Source of the DNA: Neophaeotheca triangularis
Taxonomy: Eukaryota
DNA length: 64,000 bases
Direction: 5' to 3'
Assembly: GCA_054600435.1 (NCBI GenBank)
Contig: BAAIJX010000031.1
Location: 62,001 to 126,000, forward strand
A program made the translations under genes and the position numbers. Shown one piece after another: positions 34,591 to 47,926 of this stretch. The notes under the pieces are model-generated. The model had not been told where the DNA came from and did not search any database. It saw only the letters and a program-made list of their open reading frames with translations. Each line of letters begins with the position of its first letter. Positions within the stretch are counted from its first letter, which is position 1.

Positions 34591-37500
34591 TTGGGGAGTA
34601 TGTTGCTCGCGCCTGGAGCTGTCTTACTCTGCCAACTTAACCCCAAGCTGTCTCAGCTTGCCTGGAACAAGTCCTTCCCTCCCATCGTCACGTTACCGAA
34701 TGGAAAAGAAACGAAGGGCACCGGAAGACGCGCATGTACTTCTAAGAGTATGCATCCAAGGCCCGTTAGCTGTGCCCACGGAGAGGATGCACGCATGTTG
34801 AAACTACAAGGGGAAAAACGTGATAGACTACTCATCAAGAATGACAGCCTGATAGTAACGGTTGGTAGCCGCCCTCCATTGATCATCACGTACTCTTTTC
34901 GATAGCTTTTTCGACGCATGAATACAAGTACAGCTATCTTATTCGACACAGCTTCGGTAGTCACTTACATAGTCCCACGCAATAACAAACGGGCGCAAAA
35001 GAAAACACACTTCACTACACCAAGCCTGACCCTCTACTGCCTCTATACAAAGTCCAAGCTCAGTGCCATCAAAACAATCACTCCCTAGACACTGAGAGTC
35101 AACTTTCAAACAACCGTCGCAGACGCTGCAAAGAAGCGCATTGCAGTGCAGACAAGCCACAGTAGAAACCGCATCATCCATGGCCAGAAGTAGAAACGAC
35201 AGACTTGCTGCAATTCACAGCAACACCTCCCAGATCCCATCGTCCTGACCACACCATCGCGGCTCGCGAGTCGGGCGGCCGAGAGCGGTTCACGACAATC
35301 AAACATCCGTGGACCTCGCACCTGCTTCGCGCAAGTCGAGGATCCTTGGCGTGTGAAATCCCCACTTGCTGAGACTCTGCCGTGAGCGAGTCGCAAAACA
35401 ACTGCGCCCCGGCCCACGTGGTCACTGAATGGTGGTGCTTTATGTCGATTCCCCTGGCACGTGAAAGCAAGGCAGGAATGGACACTGCTTTGCCCGGGAG
35501 AAGATCAGACCAAGCACGGTGGAAAGGGAACAGGCAACGGTTGGTAAAAGCACAAGCACGGTGGCCGTTAGAGACCGCGCCGCGCCGCGCGCCGCTGTCA
35601 GTAGGGCCATTCCTTATCACAGCGAGTGGAGCACGGAACTTGCCAGGCTGTTTGGGTCCCTGAGTCCGCTTCCCGGGGAGCACGAGGCTACAGTAGTACT
35701 ACTACTGCCGCACCAGTCGTGATGATTGAACTGACACGGCAAGTATTGACGAAAGAAAACGAGCCCTGGAAAGCAGCAGGGACGTGCGTGAAGACAGGTC
35801 CTAAAGGCCAAGACCAGCCGCGGCCTGCCGGATGCCTTTACGAGCTTGCGCGCTATACGGCTGCCAGCCGGTCGTTCTTGTCGTTGCTTTCGTTCCGTGG
35901 AGGTTTGGGAGCGGGTTGTGCCGCTGAGGAGGGCGCGGGATGTTGGTGGCATGGGCGCCAAGGTTGCAACACATGTTGATGTCGAGGGGTTTTGTTAGGC
36001 CGCTAGTTGCCGGCGGATAAGCTCAGAGGGCACGTGAAAGTTGCTGGATGCATGGCGTGATGGGTCGGATGAGGCGCGCATGGTAGACTCCGGGCTGTGG
36101 TCGAGCGAGATGCTTGGGGTCTGAGGATCATTGCACTTTTGCTATTTTGAACGTTGGGCGAGCTGGGATTCGCGCTTTGGGGGACTCGTTGTACCCACCT
36201 ATTGCGACGAATTGTCCGAGGAGTAGGGGACGTCAGAGAGGTGTCACTATCAGGGCTATGATAAGTTTGATGAGAGAACCGTAGTGGAACCCTGACTGTA
36301 TGTAGCGTGAAGACGTGCGGTTCTCCTTTGTTAGGAACAACGACTGGTGTTGGAAGTTGACCCGAACCTACCTACCCACTCAGGCACGACCCACGTGCAT
36401 CCGTTTGCGGGCCGCCTTGTCCGGTTCAAGAAGTGAACGACGCGGAGAGAAGAACACCATGCTGTCAATGCGCGTGGTTGACAGCATGGCACTCCCCTCT
36501 GTGGTCGCCCCCTTACCTTCGATCAATTGTAAGTCGGTGCTGTGCGATAGCCCTACTCATGCCAACTTGCACGTGCGCGGCCAACGAAGGGTTTTAGGAA
36601 AAGAAGAAAGTGTCGGCGCCGTGACAGTGGATCGGGTCCGGACTATTTTAGGTTGCCGGTATAGAAGAGTATGAGCACTGCAATTTGCTGCATGTGATAG
36701 CATGCGATCATGGACCTCGGTATAAGCGTCGGAGGATATCCAAAAAGCGTTGCCAACGTCCGACAATCGACAGAAAAGCTTGCCCTTCTGGCCGTACTAC
36801 GGGCGTGGTTTATGAGGATATCGACCGTGGTCTGCCCGGATCGCCATCATCCGAGTCATGTTGTGCTTTCTTATGCATCTCCAAGACATCAACTTCCAAT
36901 CTTGCGAAAGTGCAAACGGCTTCCAACCACGACGTCTGCATTAGTCGCTGGGTGAGGCGTTGAGCGACGAGCCATCTCCGCATTGGCAACATTATTCTAG
37001 TAGTGAAAGGATTCTTGTTGGCAGGGCAAATCGAGCCATGCGCGAGTCATATGTACTCCGCACCGACGTTCGAATGAGGCAGGGCTAGGCTGGGATCGGT
37101 TTTCATATGCACATTCGTTCGCCGTGGTTTGGAAGTTGGCGCGAGGGTAGATGCACGGCCACTGGCGGGGACATGTGGCCAATGACCCTAGCTAGAGCCG
37201 GCCTCCTGGACTAAGGATAGTAGTTGAGTCGGTTGCTGCAGTCAAGGCTTTTGAAGTGTTTGATGGCATCACTTTTAGGCCCCCAGGAACGTTTGGCTAG
37301 AATCGGATTGCCGTCACCAAGTAGAGCATCAAGGTGATAAGTGGAAAAATCAATGAGTTGACATCAGTGTTGCACTGACTCTCGGAACGTGCTTCCATGG
37401 TGACTGACTGTCTCATTGTCTCGCCGTTGCCTGCTAGCGAATTAGCCTCTGTGGTTCCCGTAGCCGTGTAGATTAGTACTATGGGCATCTTTTCGCCAAA

Positions 37501-40500
37501 TCTTGTCTCAAGCCAGTGATATAGCTTTGCTGCCGATAGGCAAACCGGGGCTAGGTAGGGCTTAGCAAAGAGCGGCAAGATCAGGCCAGAACAAACGGCG
37601 CGGACTGTGATGGCGATGCACAAGGACGGGTGCATATCCGTCCATCACGACCAGAGCGGGCCGGTAACATCAGGAATCAGCATGTCTCTAATCGCTGCAG
37701 TCGATCTGCTTTTCCAATAGTCTGCTCTTGGCTCCGCCTCATGGTGGTGAGGAGATGAAGTCGCAATTCAGCACGGATACCAGGGCGTCACTACTTCGGT
37801 GGGTGCCAGGACCTGTCTGCTGGAGATTCGGGTCTTGAGGCTGATAATTATTTGGATTTTACTGCTCGTTACTGCCCAAGGCGCATGTGCTGAAACGTGC
37901 TGTCTGCCGCAGTTGTGTAGTCTCGTATCAGCTCACGTTTGCCAGGTGAGGTCGACTTTCCGGCATTCTGGCTCATGCAAGCCTTCCCAAATCCCAATTC
38001 CTCAAAAAGGCAATCTGCTGCAATCTAGCTAGACACATGTTCTACTAGCGACAGGAGGGCGATGCTTGTGCTTCTGTTTCCGGGATTCTGAGATGGCGAG
38101 ACATGGCTGTTCCTTGCTGGCGCCAGTTTCCCCGACTCGGGTAATCTTGTCAATGGCCAGGTATGCCGCATTGAGCCCCTGTGCAGATCGTTATTGTCAA
38201 ATCCTGTTTGGGCGATAGGGCAGCTTTTGGTTCTGTGGTCACTGCCCAGATCCCAGGTGGTCCGTTGGAAACAATACAATAACGTAGGAGGACGAGCAGG
38301 GGGCCTGGACAACTCTGAAGAATCGGAGAAATTTGAAGGATCGGCGTTTATTTGCGAGGCCGGCTAATACCAAAGGCAATAATTCCGAATGGAACAGATG
38401 GCGGCAGATGGCGGATCTCATGAGCAACGTGGCGCAAAACGTTAACGAGAGACGTAACGCGGCTGTAAGTTCTTGGGAGCAAAGTAAAAAACGGCCTTCC
38501 CACGAGGAGAGATGCACCGAGCGCTCAAAGTCAAAGAGCACCTTGGCCAATTGTGAGGCTTTTGCTCCCTCGTCAACCTCGCAGTCCCCGACAGCTTGGC
38601 AACGATAACCCTGGCATTGACGCATGTCTACGATCAGAGTTGTCCTTGGGTCGGGGAACGCTCTGCTTAGGGGAACAAGACTGGAGATCCACGGCCTGAA
38701 CCGTCAGACGACATTTCCTAGTGTAAAGCGTAACATAACAGCAGGGTTTGCTTTTGTGGGAGCTATGTTGGACTCCATGTCATGACGAGCCACACGCACC
38801 ACCATCACGACTACCTGGGTACTACTAATAACTAAGGTATCTGATTATCAGCAGAATAATGCACAGTTTACCAGGGTCCTGCCTCGAGGCCCGGGTCCGT
38901 TGATGATTTTATTGGCCCCTCTTTGCTTTGGTCAAGGGGGTGGTCTGTGTTCCTACAACTGGCAAGATCTTGATTCATCCATCCCTAATCCTTCTCTCGC
39001 CGTCTCCATCTTCGCAATCCCGACGTAATGGTTGGTTCTCGGAGAACCAGGTGGATACAAAATCAAAACACGAGTCAACCGATGACAGAAGGGACCAAGA
39101 TTATCCGATTGCAATCATAGGTACCACACTCCTGAATCGACAAGAAGAGAGCCGTTGCTATCTTTGCGGAGAGAGTATAGTCTTTGCAGACTCGCCGTTT
39201 CCAGAGACGTTGTGGTTTTTGGCTTTTCACCAACATTAATCACTTGCTAGGACGGAAGGAATAAGTTGACCACAATCGCTGTAGCAAGACTGCGGGAATG
39301 AATTAACAGTAGCTGGTCAACGGACCGCATCCCGGTGGATAGTGTGAATCTCTCAAAGACACTCTTCAACGGTCAGCGAGTCAAGGCGATAAGGCGATAT
39401 TGTGCGTCGTCAGGGCTGGCAAGGCGTACGGTCCGGCGGCCGTCCTGTCCGTTTACATTCGGATCAAACAATGGCTAGTGCCTCGAGAGTCATCAAGACT
39501 TGTTAGGCCACGCATAAATGATGGCATCGCAGAGGAGAGGGAAAGGGCCCCGACTCTTTCCAGCTTCGTCGCTGCACATGGTTTTGATGAAACTCGAAGC
39601 TACAAGCCATGTTTCCGTCCGGCCCACAGTATTTGATTGGACAACCACGGCGCGAGGAATCACAGAGGGGGAAGGAAAAAAGAAGGCGTATTTGGGCGCA
39701 ACCTCTTCCGCGTGTGGCATGCCAGCTGGTACAGTAGTAGTCTTCCGTAGTGGCCGTTCACCCCTCACGCCATTGAGCTTGATAATCAGCCTGATTTCGC
39801 ACGGTCGTCGCCCTGCAGAAGGCGGAGAAGCAATATTAATTATAATCTTGAGACGGAACACTAACAGAGTCAGACTCCCCAAGCACTGCTACAGTCTGCC
39901 GTCAGTACTAAGTAACGTTACTAAAAGTACCTTAACGTCGGGGCAGGACAAGAAATCCTTCACGACTGAGATCATGGGTCGAGTGTGGGGTCTTCTCCCG
40001 CCCAGAGCGGCGGGCTGACAAGTACATCAACCTTGGACTGGAAGTGACACGCCTTTGGTAACTACTAACGGACGGTACTTATGACGGGCCCCCTACAGAC
40101 GGGCGACGAAGCCGGTCGGTGCGGTTCATCTATTTTCCCCAGCGTCGATCAGCCCCAAGCCGTTCAAAGAGGGTATCAAGTCCGACTGCTACTAACTTAC
40201 TAGGTTGCCGTGCACGTCGTGGGTGCCCCGGTGCTCCTTTGAGGCCTGCTGGTCAGTGGTCACTCACTGATCAGACGCTGCCCGGTCAATCGTAACGGCA
40301 CCGGAGCCTGCTTTGGCATCGGGACCAGCCGTCTTCTTCACTACAGTAGGCGGTAGTATCATCAATCTACCACACCACACCACTACTTCCACTGGACCAC
40401 CACTTGTCTGTACCTCTACATATCTGGTTACGCTTCCCTCTGTCTGTCGTGTCGCCACCCACGCACGCCGTTTCCAATCCTGCACGTCTTCCTCATTTGT

Positions 40501-40936
40501 CGTACCTGTCGCGCTTCGCGTCGTCATTTCCACCTCCGCGCAATCTTGGTCCAGATTTTCTTCCGCCCCTCAAGATCAGCATTTTGTTGAACATCCTACG
40601 GCGCAAAGCCATTGCCGCCTCCAAGCGTTAACCGTTTGGCGAATCCAAAGCCACTTGTGGGAGCTCCCAAATCGTAGGGGTTTCCCTGACGTCCATCAAA
40701 AGCCGAACACTGCAACCACTGCATCCAAGTCGTTGGCCGATAATACCTCACGTCGATCGCCGTCAGATTTTTTCTCGTCTCTCAATCGAATTAGGTAGCC
40801 TGCCTGCTTCTCCTGCCACCCTGCATATTCCCCCGACCCATTAGAGACGGCTCGGTACCAGTGCCGAAATCTGTCGGTTCCTTTCGGAGAGTCTGCTGCC
40901 AATTTCAAGCAGTGCTACCAATAGCTGAAAGGTACC

Positions 40937-43341
40937 ATGGACAACCGTTATCCGCCAAATATGCCGCCAATGGGCGGTTACTACAACCCAACACCCCCCA
41001 ATGGTTTGCCTGCGGTTCCAGAATTTTACCAACAACAACCAAGACTACATCATTTGCAGACTATGTCTAACGAAAGCCTGGGTGCTTACCCGGAGTACGA
41101 CGAGTACAACCGTCCAATGCTTCCTGGTCAGGGACCTTCGCAAGGCCCCGTCCGCTCTCGGAAGAGGGCGGCTCACGGCGCTGACCACGTCAAGCATCGT
41201 CGAACAAGAAGTGGCTGCTTCACTTGTAGACAGCGTCGAGTCAAAGTATGTCCATCGGCTGAGATGAGTCCATTCACGATTGCTGACATTTGTGCGTCGC
41301 AGTGCGACGAGAATCATCCCGTCTGCGACCGTTTGTCTATCCTAATTGCGAGCTGGAATGCTCTGTTGAAGCGCTAACAATCGATACAGGATGCATAAAA
41401 GGGAAGCGCGAGTGCAACTACCCAGACCATTCCTCAGCTTCGAGATCCGTCAAGACTAAAGGCAAGAGCTCCCAGGGCTACCAGAGTGCCAGCCCCTCGG
41501 CCGACGAACTCGACGTAAAAGGGGAGCAATTGTCTCCCATCTTCGACGACGAGCAGGATGCTGAGGGAGAAGAGCAGAGCGATAGTGTATCAGGGTCCGA
41601 TACGCAAAGAACGACACCAACGATGTCTCGCAGGCAGACTCACAGCGCACCGACTTCTGCCGTCGAAAGCAGTACTGCTCCTTTGCCGGGCCCGAGCAGA
41701 CGACCGCAACCATCGAGAACAAACTCCCGCCAGAATGTCCAGTCCAACATCACACAGAGCCCGCGATGGTCGAGCTTGCCAAAAGAGATCAAGTTCTACC
41801 TCAAATTCTTCCGCGACCACATGTCGTACCATCACTTCGCTTTCAAGTATGACGGTGCCAACTTCCTGAAGACCACCTACCTCGAGATCGCCATGAACGA
41901 CGAAGCGCTGCTGTACGCGGTCGTGAGCTTTGCAGCCTACCACTACAAAGTGAGGCAGGAGAACGCAATGCTTTCCCATTTCTTCGACTACTACGACCGC
42001 TCTCTGCAACTTTTGCGACAGTCGTTGATGAATAGCAAGCGTCATACTCTCTCGAGGTTATTGACCATCCTGCAGCTCGCGACTATCGAGGTATGTGACG
42101 CACGGAGCATTGTCGATGGTGAGGTACGCTAACAACTGACAAAGGAGTTCCTCGGGGACTGGGTCAATTTGATAGGCCACCAGAAAGCAGCCCATCAGAT
42201 CATCACCGACCTATACACCCCTCAAACGATCATGCAGAGCGAGACGCACCGTCAGATAATCAGTTGGTACTTCCGCTTCGACCTCTTTGCCGGAATGATG
42301 TCTGGAGGTGAAACGGTACTGGGCAGGGAATGGTTTGCGGCTTGCGAAGAGTTCTACCGAAGGCAATCACGCGAGAGACCACACGAACTAGGCTGCAGGT
42401 TTCAAGAATGGTTCTCGAAAAGCAGACTATTGGCGACAGACGTGGCATTGCTCTTCGCCAACCGAGCAAAAGGGCTGGACCACGATCAATTTACAAAAGA
42501 ACTACAAAACCTGTCCGATCAATTCGACGCGATTTGGCACACCTTGAAAACGACCTTTAGGGATCCATCATGCTTTGTCAAAGAGTTCCCTCGAGCGCCT
42601 CCACCGGGTCCAGACGACATCACCGACTACCGCGACCCCAACTTCCTCTACCGCGACGACATGTTCCCTCACAACTACGCCTTGATCGACTTCTGGGCCA
42701 TTGAGATGATGTTCAAATTCCAGACTCTCAGCGCCCAACGCCTACCTCCTACCCCTGAACTCACCACCATCGCACTCAACCAATGCAAAATGTTCGAAGC
42801 CATTGAATACTCGGACCACGGACCAGAGGGCAAGATCTTGGGCTGCCAGGCCAGTCTAGGCATCGCGAGCCTGTTCCTGCCAAAAGACAAGAAGCACACA
42901 GATTGGATGCGTCGGAAGTTTGCGCTCGTCGAGCAAAACGGGTATGTCGCTCTTCACCTTCTCCCCAAACTCCCCAAGTCAGCCGAAAACTAACCCCCAG
43001 CTCTTCCTCGCAATAGCTACATCTACCCCTCCGTCTTCCGCAAGCGCATGACAGACATCTGGGCCGTCGATGTCACGGGATGGTGGTTGCCCAACAACGA
43101 AGGCTATCCACCCATTGTCCGCGCCGTGCGCGATTTTGCCGAAAGAGGCGAGTCCATGCCGCAAGACTCGGTCGCCACGGACATCAAGGAAATGAATGGC
43201 ATCTTTCGTAGTCTAGAAGTTTCTGACACCGAAGTGCCGGCGCATTTCAAGGATCATGGCAATCACGGGCCGTATGGGGGTGAGTCGATGGATCCTGAGA
43301 TGCTGTATGAGAGTAGTCCGGACCAGACGGCTTGGAGTTAG
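40937..43341 (+). CDS. Zn(II)2Cys6 transcription factor with a fungal-specific C-terminal domain; exons 40937-41245, 41303-41330, 41390-42090, 42145-42941, 43017-43341
   Basis: Spliced binuclear cluster RRTRSGCFTCRQRRVKCDENHPVCDRCIKGKRECNYP. Four GT-AG introns keep the frame. C-terminal motifs ALLYAVVSFAAYH and LQLATIEEFLGDW. Confidence 0.9.
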
Positions 43342-45736
43342 GGTGATGGTGGACGTCACTTTCGTCAAATGCCATGACACTCTGTTATAGGGGCCCAGTG
43401 AATGGCAAGGGTGAGGCGCGATTTGTGTGCGAAAGGGGAACGCAGCGCTGCGCCAGTCACGGGCACTCTATATGGCGAGGAAGCTTCGATGCCACGCTAG
43501 GACTTAACCACCTGCCTGCGCCATCGCAACGATGCCATTGCAGAAGTTTATCGGACCGACTTTTCGCACGAAAGCATCCACGATCGACCTTCTCATTAAA
43601 TCCAAACAGCGAACCAAACAATCCACGCCAAGGAAGCAGTAGGGTTTCAACCGAACAGTTGCAGCCACTACGGAATGAGCAACGCCGCGCCCAGAAGAGA
43701 TACTGTAGACTTGCGAGTATCGATTCTTCCAAGCAAGTATCTAGCCGACCGACTGACGATGGACATCAAACTTCGGACATCTTCAGGCGTGCATGGCCGC
43801 TCGAGAGATCTGGCCCAAGGGCTCGAAAAGACTCGATCGACAAAGACTCTCAGCAACACTTGCATGAACACATGCACGACACACCTAGCCCTGCCTGCAG
43901 TATGCAGGAATGGGGAGGAGAGTTTTTGGAAAGTGACGAATGAGCTGCCCGGGCAGTATCACGACGATTGAAAACTGTTCGAAAGTCTCCTGATCCTTCG
44001 CCAATTCAGGCGACTAGAACAGAGCCCGGTATCGCCAGAGTCTGGAAGCTCCGGGTGAAATACTGGCTACCTAGCTAATTATATAGCCAATCAGGCCACG
44101 CGAGCTCGAGGAAAAGAGATGAATGTGAAAACTGTAGCAATAGAATCTGTATTACCACCACCATCACCACCATCCAGTACACCATTGTCTACTACTAATC
44201 ACATCGTCAACTGTCTGCCAGGAGCCCCAAAAAGACTCCATCAGTAATAAATTGGCCGTAGTATATAATCCACAAATAGTCATCTACCTCCTACCACCAA
44301 CAAACCCAACACAAACCCCCCCACGAAGCCCCGCGCCCCGGTCCAAGAAACCAACCCTAAAAACTCAAAACCCAAACCTTGACCCCAAGAAGTATATAGT
44401 AGTAACGACCACTCGAACGAAACAAGCCCTCCAACCCCATTCAAGCAACAGGCCCGAGAAACTCCAACTCAAACCCCAGGAAACCCCACCGGTAACGGCA
44501 ACCTTCCTCCCAAGAAAGAGTAACAGAACCCCAACCCTCACCGTTCGATACCTTACAGCAGCGTAGAGAGTAGTTGGAGCAGACCAGACCGCAGCAGGAG
44601 CTCCAGAATTCAAAAATCTCATCGGCTCAATCACCCAGCTGGCGCGCCGGGCATAGTCCTTGCCTCCCGGATTTCACGATGATGCTTTTCCCATTGCTGT
44701 CTACCTACCTGACTAGAGCGAGGGAGGAGTTTTGCAATCCAGTCGCGCGAGTGAGAAATAAGTCGACGCCACTTGACCTGTCCTGTCACCTGTCGTCTCG
44801 ACAGACTTTGGGTATAGGCTTTCCTGCCCTTTCTTTGCAGGTTTCGGCGGGCGGGGGAGCCGCGGCGGGCTGGACGAAATGCGTAGCGTGGAGTGGTGTA
44901 AGTGCGAGTGTGAGTGTGTTTTTTGAGGGGGTTCATGGTCCATGGATTTTCGATCGTTTTCCTCTTTTTGTCTAGAAAGTTCCGTGCCTCTTTTGAGTAC
45001 ACAACTATGGCGGGGCGCGATACTAAAGTAGGTATGGCAAGAGGGGGAATGTCTTATCTACATACTATCATTCTCCCCATCCTCTCGAGCCACTTCGCAC
45101 CGGAGAGGAGTGGCTCGTTCGGCATTATTTCGTGCACCCTTCTGTTAGCTTACTTTGCCTACTAACTAACCTACGTGCTTTTCCAGCTTCTCAACCCTCG
45201 CCTCACGTTTGTCTGAGATTAAGAGCCGACGGCGCGACCGCAGAAGAAGCTGCCGCGGTCGATTGGTACACAATCTTCTCCCAATAATGTCATGCGGATT
45301 GCCTTTGCGCGCTGGATGAATGAGGGTGCCGGGTCATTTACACGTGATTTGGAAGAGTTCTTCCGGAAGCTGGGGACATAATCTTCGAAGTAAAGGAAAG
45401 GGGCCACTATGTCTGAAATGGCCATCAGAATGAGGGGCTCGGTTTGACAACCGGTAAGAATGGAAAGGACAAAGAGATTACATTTTGATATAACCAGACT
45501 GGGAACCCCAGAGTCGCTCTCAGCACCCAACCAACGCCTTTGCTGTGTCTCTGGTACTCGCGCGATCGTTGCATAGTCATCGAACCTGATTGAGGTGGAA
45601 GGGAAAGAGCAGAAAGGGAAAGAAAAACATCCGCCAAAAGGAGGCGGCATCCCCTTCACTCGGCAACTCCACTACCGCACCCCCCCAAACCTCCTATCTG
45701 CTTGCCCAAATCTAGATCCTCTCCCCAAGGCCACTT

Positions 45737-47435
45737 CTACTCTTCCTCCTCAACAACGACCCTCTTGGTCAAACAATCGACAACCCTGCCATAAAACTTG
45801 CCAGCATGATTCCGTGGGAAACAGATCTCTTCGGTCAAGTAATCGGGCAGCAGCGCCAGCAGCCCTTCGTCCCTGTTGGCGTCCAACAGGGGCTCGTAAG
45901 CAAACTCGGCTTCTTCGTAACTCAGACCGCCGGGGGTCTTGGGTGGTTGAGAGGCGTTGTTGGCGCCGGGGGTGCTCGGCGTTGGGTGGGCGATGGAGAG
46001 ATGAAAGTGGAGGGCTGGAGCAAAGATGCGTTAGAGGAGATGGAGATTGGGGAGTGGAGATTTTGAAATACTTACTGCCATTACGACCGGTCTGGATGCA
46101 ATCGTACTCGTCTTCACCTTCGCGGCGCTTGACGCCGCGGATTATGAGGCCTGTGAGGTCGGCGTAGAGGTTCTCTTTCATCTTGGCTTCCTTTTGCGTT
46201 TCTGTCGTGGAAGCGTTATTCTGTTGGCTGTTGGCGGCTTGGGTGCCTGCGCCGCGCGTGCTGTTCTTCATCGCAGAGCCGGGGGTTTGTTTGCCATTGG
46301 AGGTGGTGTTTGTTGTGGCCTCTGAGACTTGTTGGCGTGCTGCGACGAGCTTAGCCTCTAGGCTTTTGTTTTCATTCTGAGAGACCTGAAGGTCCGACTT
46401 GAGGGTATCGCGCTCGGTCGTGAGGGCTGTTTGCGCAGTCTCAAGTTTCGAGACTTGGGCGCGCAGTTCCTTGAGCTCTTTGCTATGGTCTTCTTTCGGT
46501 TTCTCTGGCTGCGGTTGCGGCTTCTTCGCTTCTGCGAGTTCGCGCTTGAGGCTTGCGATCAATTCGTTGGCATTCTTGGCTTTTTCGTCGGAGGCGCGTT
46601 TGAGCTTTTCAAAGTTGTTGTCTGCTTGGCTTTTGCCGAGCTCTTGCAGGTTCTGGTATTTGAGGTTGAGGTTTTCGTGTTTGCTCGTAAGGTCGTTGAG
46701 CTTGCGGCGTAGCTCTGGATCTCCGCCACGGCGCTCGCGCTCTGTGCCCGATACGCTCCCACTTCTCTCACGATTTGCTGGGAACTGTTGTTGTTGAGGT
46801 TGCAAACTTGTTGCGCGTGCGCTTGGACGAGGTTGGAGAGCTTGAGGCTGCGCCGATGTAGACCGCGCTCGCTGGACAAACTTCTGCGCTGGCTTTGGAG
46901 TAGGCACCTGGGTGACATCGAACTCGGCCGGATCCTCCTCGATACTCTGCTCGATATCATCCTCCTCCTGCTCCTCCACCGGTTGCTGCGTCTCTGGTAT
47001 CATGCTGAGGTCCTCTGGTGCCTTCGCTGTCTTGGGCTTGCGCGCGGCTGCCTTGGGTTTCGACGTTTCACTGTTCGCGCGCGCGGTGCTCTTCTTCCCA
47101 GTAGCTGCAGTCTTTGCGCGTTTCTTGGGCTTCTCGAGCTCTTCTTCCACTTCATCCTGATCAACATCAAAGGGCTCGTCTTGGTCGCTGTCGGCAGGAA
47201 GATTGGTACGGTCTTTCAGAGCCTGTCGCGGCTTCTCTTTCGCTGGAGCTTTGCGCTTTGTGGCCGTCTTACCGGTGTCCTTGCGCGCCATGGTGGACTT
47301 GGACTTGGTTGCTGTCTTCTTCTTGGATGCGCCGTTGGCCTCGACATTGTTAATATCGGAAGCCGCGAGGTCGTCCTCGGATTCGTCCGCGCCTGCTCGG
47401 TGAGCGGCACGGTGAGCGGGTGGGTGTACTGCCAT
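45737..47435 (-). CDS. CSM1: Monopolin/cohibin subunit Csm1/Pcs1-domain protein; exons 47435-46076 and 46014-45737
   Basis: Coiled coil followed by KENLYADLTGLII...YDCIQTGRNG-TLHFHLSI...FAYEPLLD...LPDYLTEEICFP (Csm1 domain). Intron 46075-46015 is GTAAGT...CAG. Confidence 0.85.
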
Positions 47436-47560
47436 GATCAATGCTCGATTAGGAAAGTATGTCGCTATTTATGTCCTGTGCGATAGGGTCGAAGCAGTCG
47501 TCCAGGATGCAGTCGGAATAAGACGCAGCATGTGACGACGCGCAAAGTTGAGTTGGTGCT

Positions 47561-47576
47561 GCGCGCGTTTGTTTAC
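47561..47576 (-). promoter_or_regulatory. Forkhead site (TGTTTAC) with an adjacent CGCGT core upstream of CSM1
   Basis: gcgcgcgtttgtttac seen directly. Confidence 0.4.
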
Positions 47577-47926
47577 CAACGACAACAGAGTGACGTCCAA
47601 GCTTCAACGCTAGTAATGACCGCCAAGACATATGTTCCTTTTTACCACACGAGCAGGGTGCCTTAAGAGTACGATAGGTACCCCGACGATGACCCTCGAC
47701 TTAAGTATTACAACAGCTGAAGAGCTGAACCAGAAGAACAAAATACGATATGGGTACACTCAAACTTAATCGCAAATCCGAATCATGCTGCGCTTACTAA
47801 AATCGGAGCGTGAGGAGCTCCTGGCAGGCCTCTCACAAGTCCAAGAATCTTCTCTGATAGCACTGCGAGTAACGAGAAGAAGACTGTGTTCCGACGAGCA
47901 CAGCTTTTCCCAAATTGCCCTCAAAT

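Noticed and set aside
32863..43341. Secondary-metabolite or siderophore gene cluster (transporter plus C6 transcription factor)
   Set aside because: No NRPS, PKS or ornithine monooxygenase in the window, and the flanking genes are housekeeping.
43374..45700. ORFs between the Zn2Cys6 gene and CSM1
   Set aside because: Low-complexity or unrecognisable translations with no coherent gene model.
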